Positions 8,407 to 17,782 are shown, counted from the first letter of the stretch. The stretch is 52,486 nucleotides of DNA from Methanobacteriota archaeon (GCA_043820925.1 JBDRDL010000057.1:1-52486); one strand, 5' to 3'. Translations and numbers: made by a program. Notes: generated by a model not told the origin, from the sequence alone.

Positions 8407-8883
8407 TCACCCGTAGCGTTTGTAGATTTTTTTAAACTCCTTCGAGCTGTAGAGCAGCTCGTAGTCTTTTATGCCCACGGCGCAAGATAGTTTTTTTGCT
8501 ATTTTTTCGACGCTTTTTTTATCATAGCCGTGAATCATCGTGTAAACGTTGTACTCCCATTTTCCGGGTATAATCGCCCTTTCATAGCAGTGCGTTACTT
8601 CTCTGAAAGAGGCGAGCCTTTTTCCGACTTCTTCCACCCGTTCCTTCGGAACCTTCCATATCACGAGAGGATTTGCAAGAATGCCGAGCTTCCTGTGCCT
8701 TATTGAGGCGCTGAAGCGGCGGACAATTCCCTCTCGCATCATCCTCTTTATTCTCTTAATTACTTCTTCCTCGCTTATCTCAAGTTTTTCCGCAACTTCT
8801 AAAAAAGGTCTGGAAACTAAAGGAACATTATCCTGCAGGATTTTCAGTATTTCTTTGTCTGTATTATCCAGCATGCGCATCAC
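8407..8883 (-). CDS. siroheme decarboxylase subunit (AhbA/AhbB, Lrp/AsnC-like NirD/NirL family)
   Basis: 158 aa with DKEILKILQDNVPLVSRPF, VTHCYER, EYNVYTMIHG and ELLYSSKEFKK blocks typical of AhbA/B. Confidence 0.7.
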   Translation of the reverse strand: MMRMLDNTDKEILKILQDNVPLVSRPFLEVAEKLEISEEEVIKRIKRMMREGIVRRFSASIRHRKLGILANPLVIWKVPKERVEEVGKRLASFREVTHCYERAIIPGKWEYNVYTMIHGYDKKSVEKIAKKLSCAVGIKDYELLYSSKEFKKIYKRYG

Positions 8884-9338
8884 TTTATTTTAAATTTAAC
8901 GTCAATCTTAAACTTGTGCAACACTGGTAAGTTGAGCATTTCTTCGTGCTCGACTTCTCTCGCAATCCTTTTCAACGTCTCATTCAGCACCATCTTATCC
9001 CTCTCAATGACGGTAAACCATAAATTGTATTCGTGGTCTCGAGCATAGTTGTGAGTTATACTCTCGTAGCTGTTCAACTGCTCCGCTATTTCCTCAAGCT
9101 TTTCCTTCGAAACCTTCATCGCTACCAGAGTGCTCGCAAATCCAGCTTTTTTCGAGTCTATCCTCAAGCCAAATTTGCGTATTATTCCTGCTTCGATGAG
9201 CTTTTTAACTCTTGAAAAAAATTCTTCCTCACATATTCCGATTTTCTTTGCAGCTTCAAGGAAAGGTCTCTTCACGACTGGCAAATTTCCCTGCATCTCA
9301 CGAAGGATTTTTTTATCTATTTCGTCCAGTTTTTCCAT
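8880..9338 (-). CDS. siroheme decarboxylase subunit (AhbA/AhbB family), second paralog
   Basis: From the ATG at 9338 the translation is MEKLDEIDKKILREMQGNLPVVKRPF..ITHNYARDHEYNLWFTV..LPVLHKFKIDVKF. It overlaps the next ahb gene by 4 nt. The 22 extra N-terminal codons in the ORF track are probably not translated. Confidence 0.7.
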   Translation of the reverse strand: MEKLDEIDKKILREMQGNLPVVKRPFLEAAKKIGICEEEFFSRVKKLIEAGIIRKFGLRIDSKKAGFASTLVAMKVSKEKLEEIAEQLNSYESITHNYARDHEYNLWFTVIERDKMVLNETLKRIAREVEHEEMLNLPVLHKFKIDVKFKIK

Positions 9339-9380
9339 GTTAAATCTTTCTGAAATAACATAAGAAAATAAGGTGAAATT

Positions 9381-10115
9381 TTGATTGCACTCGTAACAGA
9401 GCACCCTAAATTTTACTACGGGACTGTAAGAGAGCTGAAGAACCGCAACCTCGCTTTTTTGAGTTTAAAACTCGGGCAGGAAATTCCTTCCAGAGTTTCG
9501 GTTGTTTTGACAACGACGCAGGAAAGAAAAAAAATAAATTTTCCAAAGGTAGTTGTGCACGACGATGCGCAGACCGCGGTGAACGAAGCCCTGAGAATCC
9601 TGAAAGGCTTTGGAACAAGGCACAGGAGGCTAATCGTAGGCATAGACCCTGGAAGGAAGCCGGGCATGGCGGTTGTCGGAGATAGTAAGGTTATCGAAAC
9701 TTACAATCTAAATTCGCCTGAGGACGTTTTGAGGCGCATAAGAGATGTTCTTGCTATGCATTCTGCAGGCGAGATTGTTATAAGAGTTGGTGAGGGAGGG
9801 GGTATCTACAAACTGAGGATATTGAAGCTCCTGCAGGAAAATCTTAGGACGAGAATAGAAACTGTGGACGAGACCTCAACCACGCCGCCTGGAAAATCGA
9901 ATGCAGCTGCTGCAGTAAACATTGCCCTGAAAGAGGGTCGCCCGCTCGACGAGAAAATCGAACTATCTCCAAAATCTGGAGAAATAAAAAATCTCCAACA
10001 GGAAAGCAGAGCCCTGAGTGGAAATATAACAATTTCCAAAAAGCTCGCAGAAGAAGTTGCAAAGGGCAGGCTAAGTTTAGAGAAAGCGCTTGAAATACAG
10101 AAGAATAGAATATGA
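9381..10115 (+). CDS. putative RNase H-fold (RuvC/YqgF-like) nuclease, conserved archaeal protein
   Basis: 244 aa with a TTG start. The block RLIVGIDPGRKPGMAVVGD resembles the first strand and catalytic Asp of RuvC/YqgF-like proteins. Its stop overlaps the helicase start (ATGA). Confidence 0.45.
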   Translation: MIALVTEHPKFYYGTVRELKNRNLAFLSLKLGQEIPSRVSVVLTTTQERKKINFPKVVVHDDAQTAVNEALRILKGFGTRHRRLIVGIDPGRKPGMAVVGDSKVIETYNLNSPEDVLRRIRDVLAMHSAGEIVIRVGEGGGIYKLRILKLLQENLRTRIETVDETSTTPPGKSNAAAAVNIALKEGRPLDEKIELSPKSGEIKNLQQESRALSGNITISKKLAEEVAKGRLSLEKALEIQKNRI

Positions 10116-12889
10116 GATCCTTCTCCTTGCTGAAACCGGAGATAAAAACAGCGCTGAGCGAGCTATGCTTTAAGCGACCCACAGATATACAGGAAATAGC
10201 TATACCTGAGATTCTGAAGGGTAAAAATGTCCTGCTGATTGCTCCGACCGGAATTGGAAAAACAGAAGCAGCCCTGCTGCCAATTTTTGACAGATTCTTG
10301 GAAGACAGAGGTAAAGGAATAAGCATTCTGTACATAACGCCCCTGAGAGCTCTCAACAGAGACTTGCTGGAGCGCATGGAATGGTGGTCTAAGAAGCTGA
10401 ACGTAAAAATCTCAGTCCGCCACGGCGATACTTCGCAGCATATGCGCAGGAAGCAGGCTTTGGCTCCACCTGACATGCTGATAACTACCCCTGAAACCCT
10501 GCAGGCAATACTTCCAGGGAAAGTGATGAAGGAGCATCTTAAAAACATTCGATTTGCCGTTGTTGATGAGATCCATGAACTTGCCGAAGACAAGCGAGGA
10601 GCCCAACTCAGTTTGGGGTTAGAAAGGCTTGAAGAACTCGCAGGCAAATTTCAGAGAATAGGTCTGAGCGCAACTATAGGCTCTCCAAATTTGGTTTCAA
10701 AATTCTTGGCAGGCAAGCGGGATATAGAAATTTTAAAAGTGCCTGCAACAAAAGTAATAGAGCTCAGCGTAGAGAAGCCGATGCCGAAGAAGGAAGATAG
10801 AACAATTGCAGAGAAAATCTTTGCAGGTCTGGATGCTTCCTCTAGATTGAGGAGAATTGCTGAGCTGCTAAATTCGCACAACTCTGCGCTGATATTCGTC
10901 AACACAAGAGAAATGGCCGAGATTCTCGCTTCGAGGTTCAGAATTCTTGGAGAGAACGTGGGCATTCACCACAGCTCTCTCTCCCAGGAAGTGCGCATAG
11001 CAGCAGAGCAGGATTTTAAGGCACAGAAGCTCAAGGCTCTAATCTGCACCTCTTCTCTCGAGCTGGGAATAGACGTTGGGAGTATAGACATCGTGATACA
11101 ATACAAGAGTCCAAGACAGGTTACAAGACTTCTACAGCGCATAGGCAGGTCAGGGCACAGAATTGGAAGGAAGTCTAAAGGGGTAGTAATAGCGACAGAC
11201 GCTGACGATATGCTAGAAGCTATGGTGATTGCAGAAAAGGGGTACAAAGAAAAACTGGAAGAAGTAGAGCTCAATGAAAAACCGTACGATGTTCTTGCGC
11301 ATCAGCTCGTCGGTCTCGCCCTGGATTTTGGAAAAATTTCGAAGAATAAAGCCTTTGAAATTGTTAAGAGGAGCTTTGTTTTTTCAAACTTAACGCAAGA
11401 AGAGTTCGAGAGAGTTTTGAATTTACTGAATTCGCTGAAACTGATTTGGCTGGACGATGAAAAATTTGGCAGGGGAAGGACATCCTGGAAGTATTACTTC
11501 GAAAATCTTTCAACGATACCGGACGAGCGGCGCTACTTTGTTAGGAACATTATAACTCGGGGGAACGTGGGCATTCTGGACGAGGCATTCGTCGTAAATT
11601 ACGTTGAATCTGGAAATCTGATAATCTTCAAGGGTGCTCCCTGGAGGATTATTTCGCTGGATGAGAGGGAGATACTCGTCGAGCCTGTAGAGGAAGTAAC
11701 AGGAGCGATACCTTCCTGGGTGGGCGAGGAGATACCGGTGCCCTTTGAAGTTGCCAGGGAAGTAGGTCGACTCAGAGGCGAAATAGCTGTCCAAGAATTA
11801 AAAGCGCTCGACGGCTACCCTGCGGATGAATATACTAAGAGACTTGCGATTTCAAAAATTAGAAGACATATAAAAAAAGGTATTCCAGTGCCGGACGATA
11901 AACGCATAGTCGTCGAGCTTTTCCAGAATTTTGCTGTCATACACTCCTGCTACGGGACGAAGGTAAATCAAACCCTCGGAAGGACTTTTTCAACTTTGCT
12001 TACAGCGCAGCTCGGAAGCTCTGTTGCACTCAGCTGCGATGCTTACAGAATAATTCTGCAATCTCCTCGCAAACTTTCGAAGGAGCAAATGCAAGAGCTT
12101 TTTAAAATAGATTTCGAGCTGATTGAGCCGCTGCTTTCAAAGAGCCTGAAGCGCACTGCGCTCTTCAAATGGAAGTTTGTGCATGTAGCGAAGCGCTTCG
12201 GCGCAATAGCGAAGGATGTTTCCTATCAAACAATAAAAATCGGAAAGGTAATCGATGCATACGAGGGCTCGCCGATATTCGGGGAAGTTCTCAAAGAGAT
12301 CTTCAAGAACAGCCTGGATTTGAAGAACACGAAAAAAGTCTTTGAGGGAATAAAGAGCGGCGAGATAAACGTCGAGTTCGTCCTGCTGGATAAACCTTCG
12401 CCGCTTGCGGAACTCGGCTTGAAAGCCTATGCAGAAATCGTACTTCCGGAAAGAGCGGAAAGAATGATTTTGAAAGCTCTGAAAAAGAGAATCGAGGACA
12501 GGAGGATAGAGCTCTTCTGCATATACTGCGCAAAGTGGTCGACCACGTTTAGAGTGAAGAATATTCAAGAACTGAGGTGCAAAAACTGCGGTGCCGGAAT
12601 GCTCGCTGTGCTGAAGGGCAGGTACAAAGAGATGGAGAGCGTGTACAGGAGATTCAAAGCCAGAGAATCGCTGAGCAACGTTGAAAAGCAGGAAGTAAAG
12701 AGAATGCAGGCTTCTGCGAATTTAGTGCTTTCTTACGGAAAAAGCGCTGTAATAGCGCAGGCTGCTCGTGGCGTAGGACCTGAGGTTGCGAAGCGAGTTT
12801 TGCTTGCAGCGAGAGATGAGGAAGATTTGCACAAGAATATTTTAAAGGCAGAAAGAGAGTACGCAAGAACGAAGAGATTCTGGGACTAG
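10112..12889 (+). CDS. lhr: Lhr-type ATP-dependent DEAD/DEAH-box helicase
   Basis: 925 aa with motif I APTGIGKT, motif II VVDEIHEL, SAT, QRIGRSGH, a long DEAD-associated C-terminal region and a terminal CxxC..CxxC zinc ribbon (CIYCAKW..CKNCG). Confidence 0.85.
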   Translation: MRSFSLLKPEIKTALSELCFKRPTDIQEIAIPEILKGKNVLLIAPTGIGKTEAALLPIFDRFLEDRGKGISILYITPLRALNRDLLERMEWWSKKLNVKISVRHGDTSQHMRRKQALAPPDMLITTPETLQAILPGKVMKEHLKNIRFAVVDEIHELAEDKRGAQLSLGLERLEELAGKFQRIGLSATIGSPNLVSKFLAGKRDIEILKVPATKVIELSVEKPMPKKEDRTIAEKIFAGLDASSRLRRIAELLNSHNSALIFVNTREMAEILASRFRILGENVGIHHSSLSQEVRIAAEQDFKAQKLKALICTSSLELGIDVGSIDIVIQYKSPRQVTRLLQRIGRSGHRIGRKSKGVVIATDADDMLEAMVIAEKGYKEKLEEVELNEKPYDVLAHQLVGLALDFGKISKNKAFEIVKRSFVFSNLTQEEFERVLNLLNSLKLIWLDDEKFGRGRTSWKYYFENLSTIPDERRYFVRNIITRGNVGILDEAFVVNYVESGNLIIFKGAPWRIISLDEREILVEPVEEVTGAIPSWVGEEIPVPFEVAREVGRLRGEIAVQELKALDGYPADEYTKRLAISKIRRHIKKGIPVPDDKRIVVELFQNFAVIHSCYGTKVNQTLGRTFSTLLTAQLGSSVALSCDAYRIILQSPRKLSKEQMQELFKIDFELIEPLLSKSLKRTALFKWKFVHVAKRFGAIAKDVSYQTIKIGKVIDAYEGSPIFGEVLKEIFKNSLDLKNTKKVFEGIKSGEINVEFVLLDKPSPLAELGLKAYAEIVLPERAERMILKALKKRIEDRRIELFCIYCAKWSTTFRVKNIQELRCKNCGAGMLAVLKGRYKEMESVYRRFKARESLSNVEKQEVKRMQASANLVLSYGKSAVIAQAARGVGPEVAKRVLLAARDEEDLHKNILKAEREYARTKRFWD

Positions 12890-12890
12890 T

Positions 12891-12955
12891 AGCTTTGCTC
12901 CTAAAGTAGCTTTTGCTCCTAAAGTCGGCGAAAATTAAGAGTTTAGGAGCAAAGT
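12891..12955. repeat. left copy of a ~65-bp direct repeat flanking an AT-rich insertion
   Basis: The sequence is AGCTTTGCTCCTAAAGT-AGCTTTTGCTCCTAAAGTCG-(18 nt)-TTTAGGAGCAAAG. It contains two direct copies and one inverted copy of the TTGCTCCTAAAGT core, and the same architecture recurs at 14125-14190. Confidence 0.7.
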
Positions 12956-13047
12956 TAATCAAACCGAAAGGTATATATTTAAAGAGTATACTATTATATT
13001 ATGAGATTGGTCTCCACGGAGGTTAATCTCCTTCATTAAATATTGTT

Positions 13048-14076
13048 TTATAATTTTTGTTGCCCAGCAGTTCCCATTAATTTATAAATCTCTTCAATGT
13101 TTAAAACCTTAATCTCTCTATATGGATTTAGCATTTCAATAAACTTCATTTTCTTATATCCCCCTTCATCTAAACAAATTATATAGTCGTTTTTATTCAG
13201 AGATGTATGTTGATTCACTATATCTTCAAATGATACCGCTCCTCCATTCAATTCTGCGAAGCTTAAAAGCGATTGAAAAAAATCGGTATCGCTAACTATT
13301 TTGTTATCAACACTTTCTGATTTATGTATAATAAAAAGCGGATGAGGAAAATGTAGTTCGACTTTTAAAGAGTGCGAAAATTCAGCATTTAAATATTCAA
13401 TTTCATCATCTCCGATGAATTCTGAATCGATATAGGCAGGCGTATTATCTTTAAGTTGATGATAAATCTCCTTTGCATCGATATGATGAACTGTATGTTT
13501 AATGTATCCACAAATAAGGTCACATAAAGAAATACAAGGATGTGTTTGATCTCCGTGGGGGACAATATTAACTACATCGGCTTTTTTCCCAATAAATTTC
13601 CATGCTTTAGTTATTTTCCCTTGTATTCCGTCTAATATAACATGTTTTGCATAATTAGGATAGCGGGATTTTAAATAATATCTCCAAATTGGAATAATTG
13701 GATAATATTGTTGCAGTATGTTATTAATAAAATCCAACCCAGCCATTTCTTCTTTCCAAGTAGGTACAGGATTCATTAATATGGTATTTGTTACATTTAT
13801 CTTTTTTATATTCTCAATTTTCAACAATTCCTCAGTCAGTTCTATATGTGCGTCTTGTATATCATAAGATGGGATTTTTCTGAAAATATCCTCGGTTTTT
13901 AAAACTCGCCTTAGCAAACTAATATTGTATTTTTTATAAAACCTTTCTATGATATTAAAATACTTATTTCTAAACTCATTATATCCACCAATCTCTACAG
14001 CAACTCCCGTAAGATTGGAAAAGTTACCACGTCTAATGATGGCAGAGTCGGAGGCAACGAGATGTTCATTAAACAT
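13048..14076 (-). CDS. hypothetical protein, orphan, on an AT-rich island
   Basis: 342-aa uninterrupted ORF in a region visibly more AT-rich than its flanks. I see only a weak DUF3800-like pattern (N-terminal VASDSA, later HGDQTHPCISLCDLICGYI), which I cannot verify. Confidence 0.6.
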   Translation of the reverse strand: MFNEHLVASDSAIIRRGNFSNLTGVAVEIGGYNEFRNKYFNIIERFYKKYNISLLRRVLKTEDIFRKIPSYDIQDAHIELTEELLKIENIKKINVTNTILMNPVPTWKEEMAGLDFINNILQQYYPIIPIWRYYLKSRYPNYAKHVILDGIQGKITKAWKFIGKKADVVNIVPHGDQTHPCISLCDLICGYIKHTVHHIDAKEIYHQLKDNTPAYIDSEFIGDDEIEYLNAEFSHSLKVELHFPHPLFIIHKSESVDNKIVSDTDFFQSLLSFAELNGGAVSFEDIVNQHTSLNKNDYIICLDEGGYKKMKFIEMLNPYREIKVLNIEEIYKLMGTAGQQKL

Positions 14077-14124
14077 ATTGTTCTAACATTACTTTTATGT
14101 TTCATATAAGGTTTTGGGGAAACA

Positions 14125-14190
14125 AGCTTTGCTACTAAAGTCGGGTTTCTGCTCCTAAAGTCGCTTGAATTTCTTACTTTGGGAGCAAAG
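14125..14190. repeat. right copy of the ~65-bp direct repeat flanking the AT-rich insertion
   Basis: The sequence is AGCTTTGCTACTAAAGT-CGGGTTTCTGCTCCTAAAGTCG-(14 nt)-ACTTTGGGAGCAAAG, with the same order and orientation of cores as 12891-12955. Confidence 0.7.
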
Positions 14191-14236
14191 CGGGGATTAG
14201 CGAAAAGTATTAAATTTGTGCCGATAAGGAATAATC

Positions 14237-14851
14237 ATGAAGCTCGACCTGCACGTGCATACAAAATATTCGAAAGACTGCAGTTTGGAACTCAAGGATA
14301 TTCTAAAAGCTGCCAGACTCCAAAAACTCGACGGCATAGCTGTTACAGACCACGACACAATTAAAGGGGGAATTGAGACCAAAAAAATCGCTGAAGGTAT
14401 CGAGGTTATAGTTGGCGCTGAAATCAGGACTGATAGAGGCGAGGTAATAGGATATTTCCTCGAAGAAGAAATAAAGAGCAGAGTTTTGAGAGAGGTAATC
14501 GATGAGATAAAATCTCAGGGCGGCGTAACCTGCATACCTCATCCCTATGATATATTTAGAATCTACAGGCTGGCTCCGACAAAAGAAATAGCAAAGCACA
14601 TAGACTGCATAGAGGTCTTCAACTCCCGCTGCAGGCTGCAGGTGTTCAATGAAAAAGCGCTCAGTTTTGCTATTGAAAATAACTTGGGAAGAACCGCTGG
14701 CAGCGATGCTCACTCTCTGGCAGAAATTGGCGCAGGCGGAGTTATTGTGGATTCGCTCGAAGACCTGAGGGGCAATCTAAACCCTGCGATTTTTGGAAGA
14801 AAAGCGTCGCTTCTAAATCTCCTTGCGGCGAAACTCGACAAAATGCTATGA
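14237..14851 (+). CDS. PHP-domain metal-dependent phosphoesterase
   Basis: MKLDLHVHTKYSKDC, ITDHDT, IPHPYD and GSDAHS are the canonical PHP His/Asp motifs. Confidence 0.8.
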   Translation: MKLDLHVHTKYSKDCSLELKDILKAARLQKLDGIAVTDHDTIKGGIETKKIAEGIEVIVGAEIRTDRGEVIGYFLEEEIKSRVLREVIDEIKSQGGVTCIPHPYDIFRIYRLAPTKEIAKHIDCIEVFNSRCRLQVFNEKALSFAIENNLGRTAGSDAHSLAEIGAGGVIVDSLEDLRGNLNPAIFGRKASLLNLLAAKLDKML

Positions 14852-14885
14852 AAAGTTTTTTATGCACTTTGGAAGAACTTCATAC

Positions 14886-15560
14886 ATGGATGTTAAAGAA
14901 ATTGCAGCAGCCTCAGCGGTAAAGCTCATAAAAGACAGGCAAATCGTAGGCTTGGGAACCGGCACTACGATGCGATATGCGCTCAAAGAAATTGCGAAGA
15001 GGATATACGAGGACGAGCTGGAGATTTTATGCATTCCATCTTCTTTCGATACGCAATTTTTGGCTGTTGAAAGGGGCATTCCTCTGACTTCTCTGGAGGA
15101 GCACCAGAGCATTGATATCGCCATCGACGGTGCAGATGAGATGGATGAAAATTTGAATCTAATCAAGGGCAGAGGTGCTGCTCAAACGAGGGAAAAAATA
15201 ATCGCAAAGCATGCCAGGAGATTCATTGTAATCATGGACGAGAGCAAGATTAAAAAGAAGCTGAGCATGCCAGTGCCGGTTGAGGTGCTCCCGTTTGCCT
15301 GGAAAGTTGTTGAGAGGGAACTTAAAAAATTGAAAGGCGTTTCAAATCTGCGAAAAGCAGAGAATAAGGCAGGACCTGTGATAACTGACAATGGAAATTT
15401 CATTCTAGATGTTGACTTCGGCGAAATAAGGAATCCAAAAAAGCTGGAGGAAGAAATTAATGCAATCGCCGGGGTAATAGAGAACGGCATCTTTCCTGAC
15501 ATGGCTTCAGAAGTGCACATCGGAACGAAGAAAGGCGTCGTGATTAAGCGCAGGTCGTGA
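14886..15560 (+). CDS. rpiA: ribose-5-phosphate isomerase A
   Basis: From the ATG at 14886 the motifs are GLGTGTT, DGADE, KGRGAAQTREK and ITDNGNFILD. Confidence 0.85.
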   Translation: MDVKEIAAASAVKLIKDRQIVGLGTGTTMRYALKEIAKRIYEDELEILCIPSSFDTQFLAVERGIPLTSLEEHQSIDIAIDGADEMDENLNLIKGRGAAQTREKIIAKHARRFIVIMDESKIKKKLSMPVPVEVLPFAWKVVERELKKLKGVSNLRKAENKAGPVITDNGNFILDVDFGEIRNPKKLEEEINAIAGVIENGIFPDMASEVHIGTKKGVVIKRRS

Positions 15561-16050
15561 GTCTTGTGCCCAGTTTGCGCCGGGTGTATTCCACCAGTCC
15601 CCCGGATTCGAGCAAATTTTGCAGAAATCTCGGCAGTGGTTTGAAGGAGTAATTCTTTCCGCTGGTTAAATTTTTAATGCTTCCCCTATCAAAATCTATC
15701 TCTATTTCGTCGCCGTCTTCCGCCTCAACCTCGCATTCAATTAGAGGGAGACCAATGTTTATCGAATTCCTGAAGAATATCCTGGCGAAAGAGCCTGCCA
15801 CAACGCATGCTACGCCGTTGCCGATTAGCGCCCTCGCAGCATGCTCCCTGCTTGAGCCGCAGCCGAAGTTTTTACCCGCAACGATTATATCGCCCTTTTG
15901 CACTTTTTTGGCAAACTCGGGTCTGACCCTCTCGAAAGTGTGCTTCGCTAATTCCTCCGAATCGCCAGTAACGAGATACTCTGCCGGAATAATCTGGTCT
16001 GTATCTACATTGTCTCCGAAGCGCCAGACTCTGCCTTTGAGCTTTTTCAT
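15544..16050 (-). CDS. leuD: 3-isopropylmalate dehydratase / homoaconitase small subunit
   Basis: 168 aa with GDNVDTDQIIP and GKNFGCGSSREHA motifs. It overlaps the large subunit by 4 nt. LeuD versus HacB cannot be resolved here. Confidence 0.8.
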   Translation of the reverse strand: MKKLKGRVWRFGDNVDTDQIIPAEYLVTGDSEELAKHTFERVRPEFAKKVQKGDIIVAGKNFGCGSSREHAARALIGNGVACVVAGSFARIFFRNSINIGLPLIECEVEAEDGDEIEIDFDRGSIKNLTSGKNYSFKPLPRFLQNLLESGGLVEYTRRKLGTRLTTCA

Positions 16051-17303
16051 TTTTTCAACTCGTTCGGGTCAGTTATCCTTCCAGTTGCCGCACTTGCAGC
16101 CACAACCGCAGGATTCGCAAGATAAACTTCGCTGTCCTTGTGCCCCATGCGCCCAACGAAGTTTCGATTCGTCGAGGAGATGCAGCGCTCTCCGCTTGCG
16201 AGAACTCCCATGTAGCCCCCTAAACAAGCGCCGCAGGTTGGTCCGCTGACATAGGCATTCGCCTGCGCAAATATTTTTATCAGACCCTCTTTCATCGCCT
16301 GCTCGAAAACTGCTTTGCTCGCTGGTACTACAATCATTCTTACGTTTCTGTGAACTTTTCTGCCCTTCAGTATTTTAGCGGCTATTCGAAGGTCTTCAAT
16401 TCTCCCATTCGTGCAGGAGCCGAGGTATGCCTGGTCTATTACAATGTTGCCCAGTTCTCCTGCTGGTGCAATGTTGCTGGGCAGAAAAGGCTTTGCAACT
16501 GTGCATGGAATATCTCTTGTGTCGTAGGTAAAAGTCTCTGCGTACTCTGCGTTTTCATCGGCATATACCGGCCTGTATTTCCCTCTCGCTCTTCCCTTCA
16601 GATAATCGAAGACTTTTTCGTCAGGGGGTATTATGCCTGCCTTTGCGCCTGCCTCGACTGCCATATTTGCTATCGAAATTCTGTCAGACAAAGGTAAGAC
16701 CCTAATAGTACTGCCGTAAAACTCCATCACCTTATATAGAGCTCCGTCCACGCCTATGCTGCCTATTATGTGCAGGATAATGTCTTTTCCCATCACATAC
16801 TTGCCGGGCTTTCCATTTACGACGAATCTCTGGGTTTGGGGTACCTTGAACCAGAGCTTGCCGAGAGCCATCGCAGAAGCTGCCTCTGTAGAGCCCACGC
16901 CTGTTGAAAAGGCGCCTAAGGCGCCATAGGAGCAGGTGTGCGAGTCTGCGCCTATTATAAGCCTTCCAGGAGCAACAAAACCCTGCTCAATCATTACCTG
17001 ATGACAAACTCCTGCCCGGCCCACTTCAAAATAATTCGGCAGGTTGTATTTTTTTGCAAACTCGCGCATCGCCTTCGCCTGCTCTGCGCTTGCTATGTCC
17101 TTGTTCGGAACGTAGTGGTCCGGTATGAGCACTACTTTTTCTCTAATCGGCTGTGCATCGAATTTCTCAAAAACCTCGAAGGCGGGCAGACCTGTGACAT
17201 CGTTAACCATGACATAGTCTATCTCTGCCTCTACGATTTTGCCCGACTCGACTTTTTTCATTCCAGACTTCACTGCCAGAATTTTCTCAGCTATCGTCGC
17301 CAT
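16047..17303 (-). CDS. leuC: 3-isopropylmalate dehydratase / homoaconitase large subunit
   Basis: 418 aa of the aconitase family with GADSHT, YLGSCTNGR and SSTNRNFVGRMG motifs. Confidence 0.8.
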   Translation of the reverse strand: MATIAEKILAVKSGMKKVESGKIVEAEIDYVMVNDVTGLPAFEVFEKFDAQPIREKVVLIPDHYVPNKDIASAEQAKAMREFAKKYNLPNYFEVGRAGVCHQVMIEQGFVAPGRLIIGADSHTCSYGALGAFSTGVGSTEAASAMALGKLWFKVPQTQRFVVNGKPGKYVMGKDIILHIIGSIGVDGALYKVMEFYGSTIRVLPLSDRISIANMAVEAGAKAGIIPPDEKVFDYLKGRARGKYRPVYADENAEYAETFTYDTRDIPCTVAKPFLPSNIAPAGELGNIVIDQAYLGSCTNGRIEDLRIAAKILKGRKVHRNVRMIVVPASKAVFEQAMKEGLIKIFAQANAYVSGPTCGACLGGYMGVLASGERCISSTNRNFVGRMGHKDSEVYLANPAVVAASAATGRITDPNELKK

Positions 17304-17347
17304 GTCCTCAAACTATTTATACTAATCCTGTTAAAAATGTTTGTGCT

Positions 17348-17782
17348 ATGGATGATTTGAAGTTTCAAAAAGTCAAAATCAGCGGAATATTCATGGCTAA
17401 TGCTCCAGAAGGAGTAACGCCTATAGTACTTTTGGAGAGCGATGAGAAGAGAATACTGCCAATTTACATCGGCGCAGCTGAAGCTTTCTCCATACAAACT
17501 GCGCTGGAGAAACTTTCGTATCCCAGGCCGCTAACGCACGACCTGCTTATAACTATTCTTGAAGAGCTGAAGTCAAAAATAGAAAAAGTCGTAATAGACG
17601 ACCTCAACGACGGAATATTTTTTGCGAGAGTCATCGTTAAGAAAAACGGAGACGAATACGAATTCGATGCCAGACCGAGCGACAGCATAGCGCTTGCGAT
17701 TAGATGCGAAGCGCCTGTTTACGTTTCGAAAAAAGTGATGGAAAACGCATCTGTGGATAAAAAATCTTATAAATTAAAATAG
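17348..17782 (+). CDS. bifunctional nuclease family protein (DUF151)
   Basis: The pattern PIVLLESDEKRILPIYIGAAEAFSI..RPLTHDL..ARPSDSIALA is characteristic of DUF151/BFN. Confidence 0.75.
   Translation: MDDLKFQKVKISGIFMANAPEGVTPIVLLESDEKRILPIYIGAAEAFSIQTALEKLSYPRPLTHDLLITILEELKSKIEKVVIDDLNDGIFFARVIVKKNGDEYEFDARPSDSIALAIRCEAPVYVSKKVMENASVDKKSYKLK

Noticed and set aside
8219-8410. A 63-aa ORF, and the 33-codon N-terminal extension of the Lrp ORF at 30620-30718, share the peptide WVKTRR..SFEEWIE. This looked like a conserved small protein or domain.
   Set aside because: The shared frame is fused in frame to the Lrp gene in one copy but runs out of frame across the ahbC start in the other, because of a 1-nt length difference before the ATG. 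The differences between copies also fall in a stem (one compensatory change) and its loop. Conservation is therefore at the nucleic-acid level, and it is reported as an RNA-like element instead.
9844-10647. 267-aa ORF antisense to the nuclease-like and helicase genes.
   Set aside because: It has a Ser/Leu/Cys-rich low-complexity translation typical of the reverse strand of Glu/Lys-rich genes. It has no start context and overlaps two well-supported CDS.
15677-16249. 190-aa ORF antisense to leuD/leuC.
   Set aside because: It is a shadow ORF over strongly supported aconitase-family genes.
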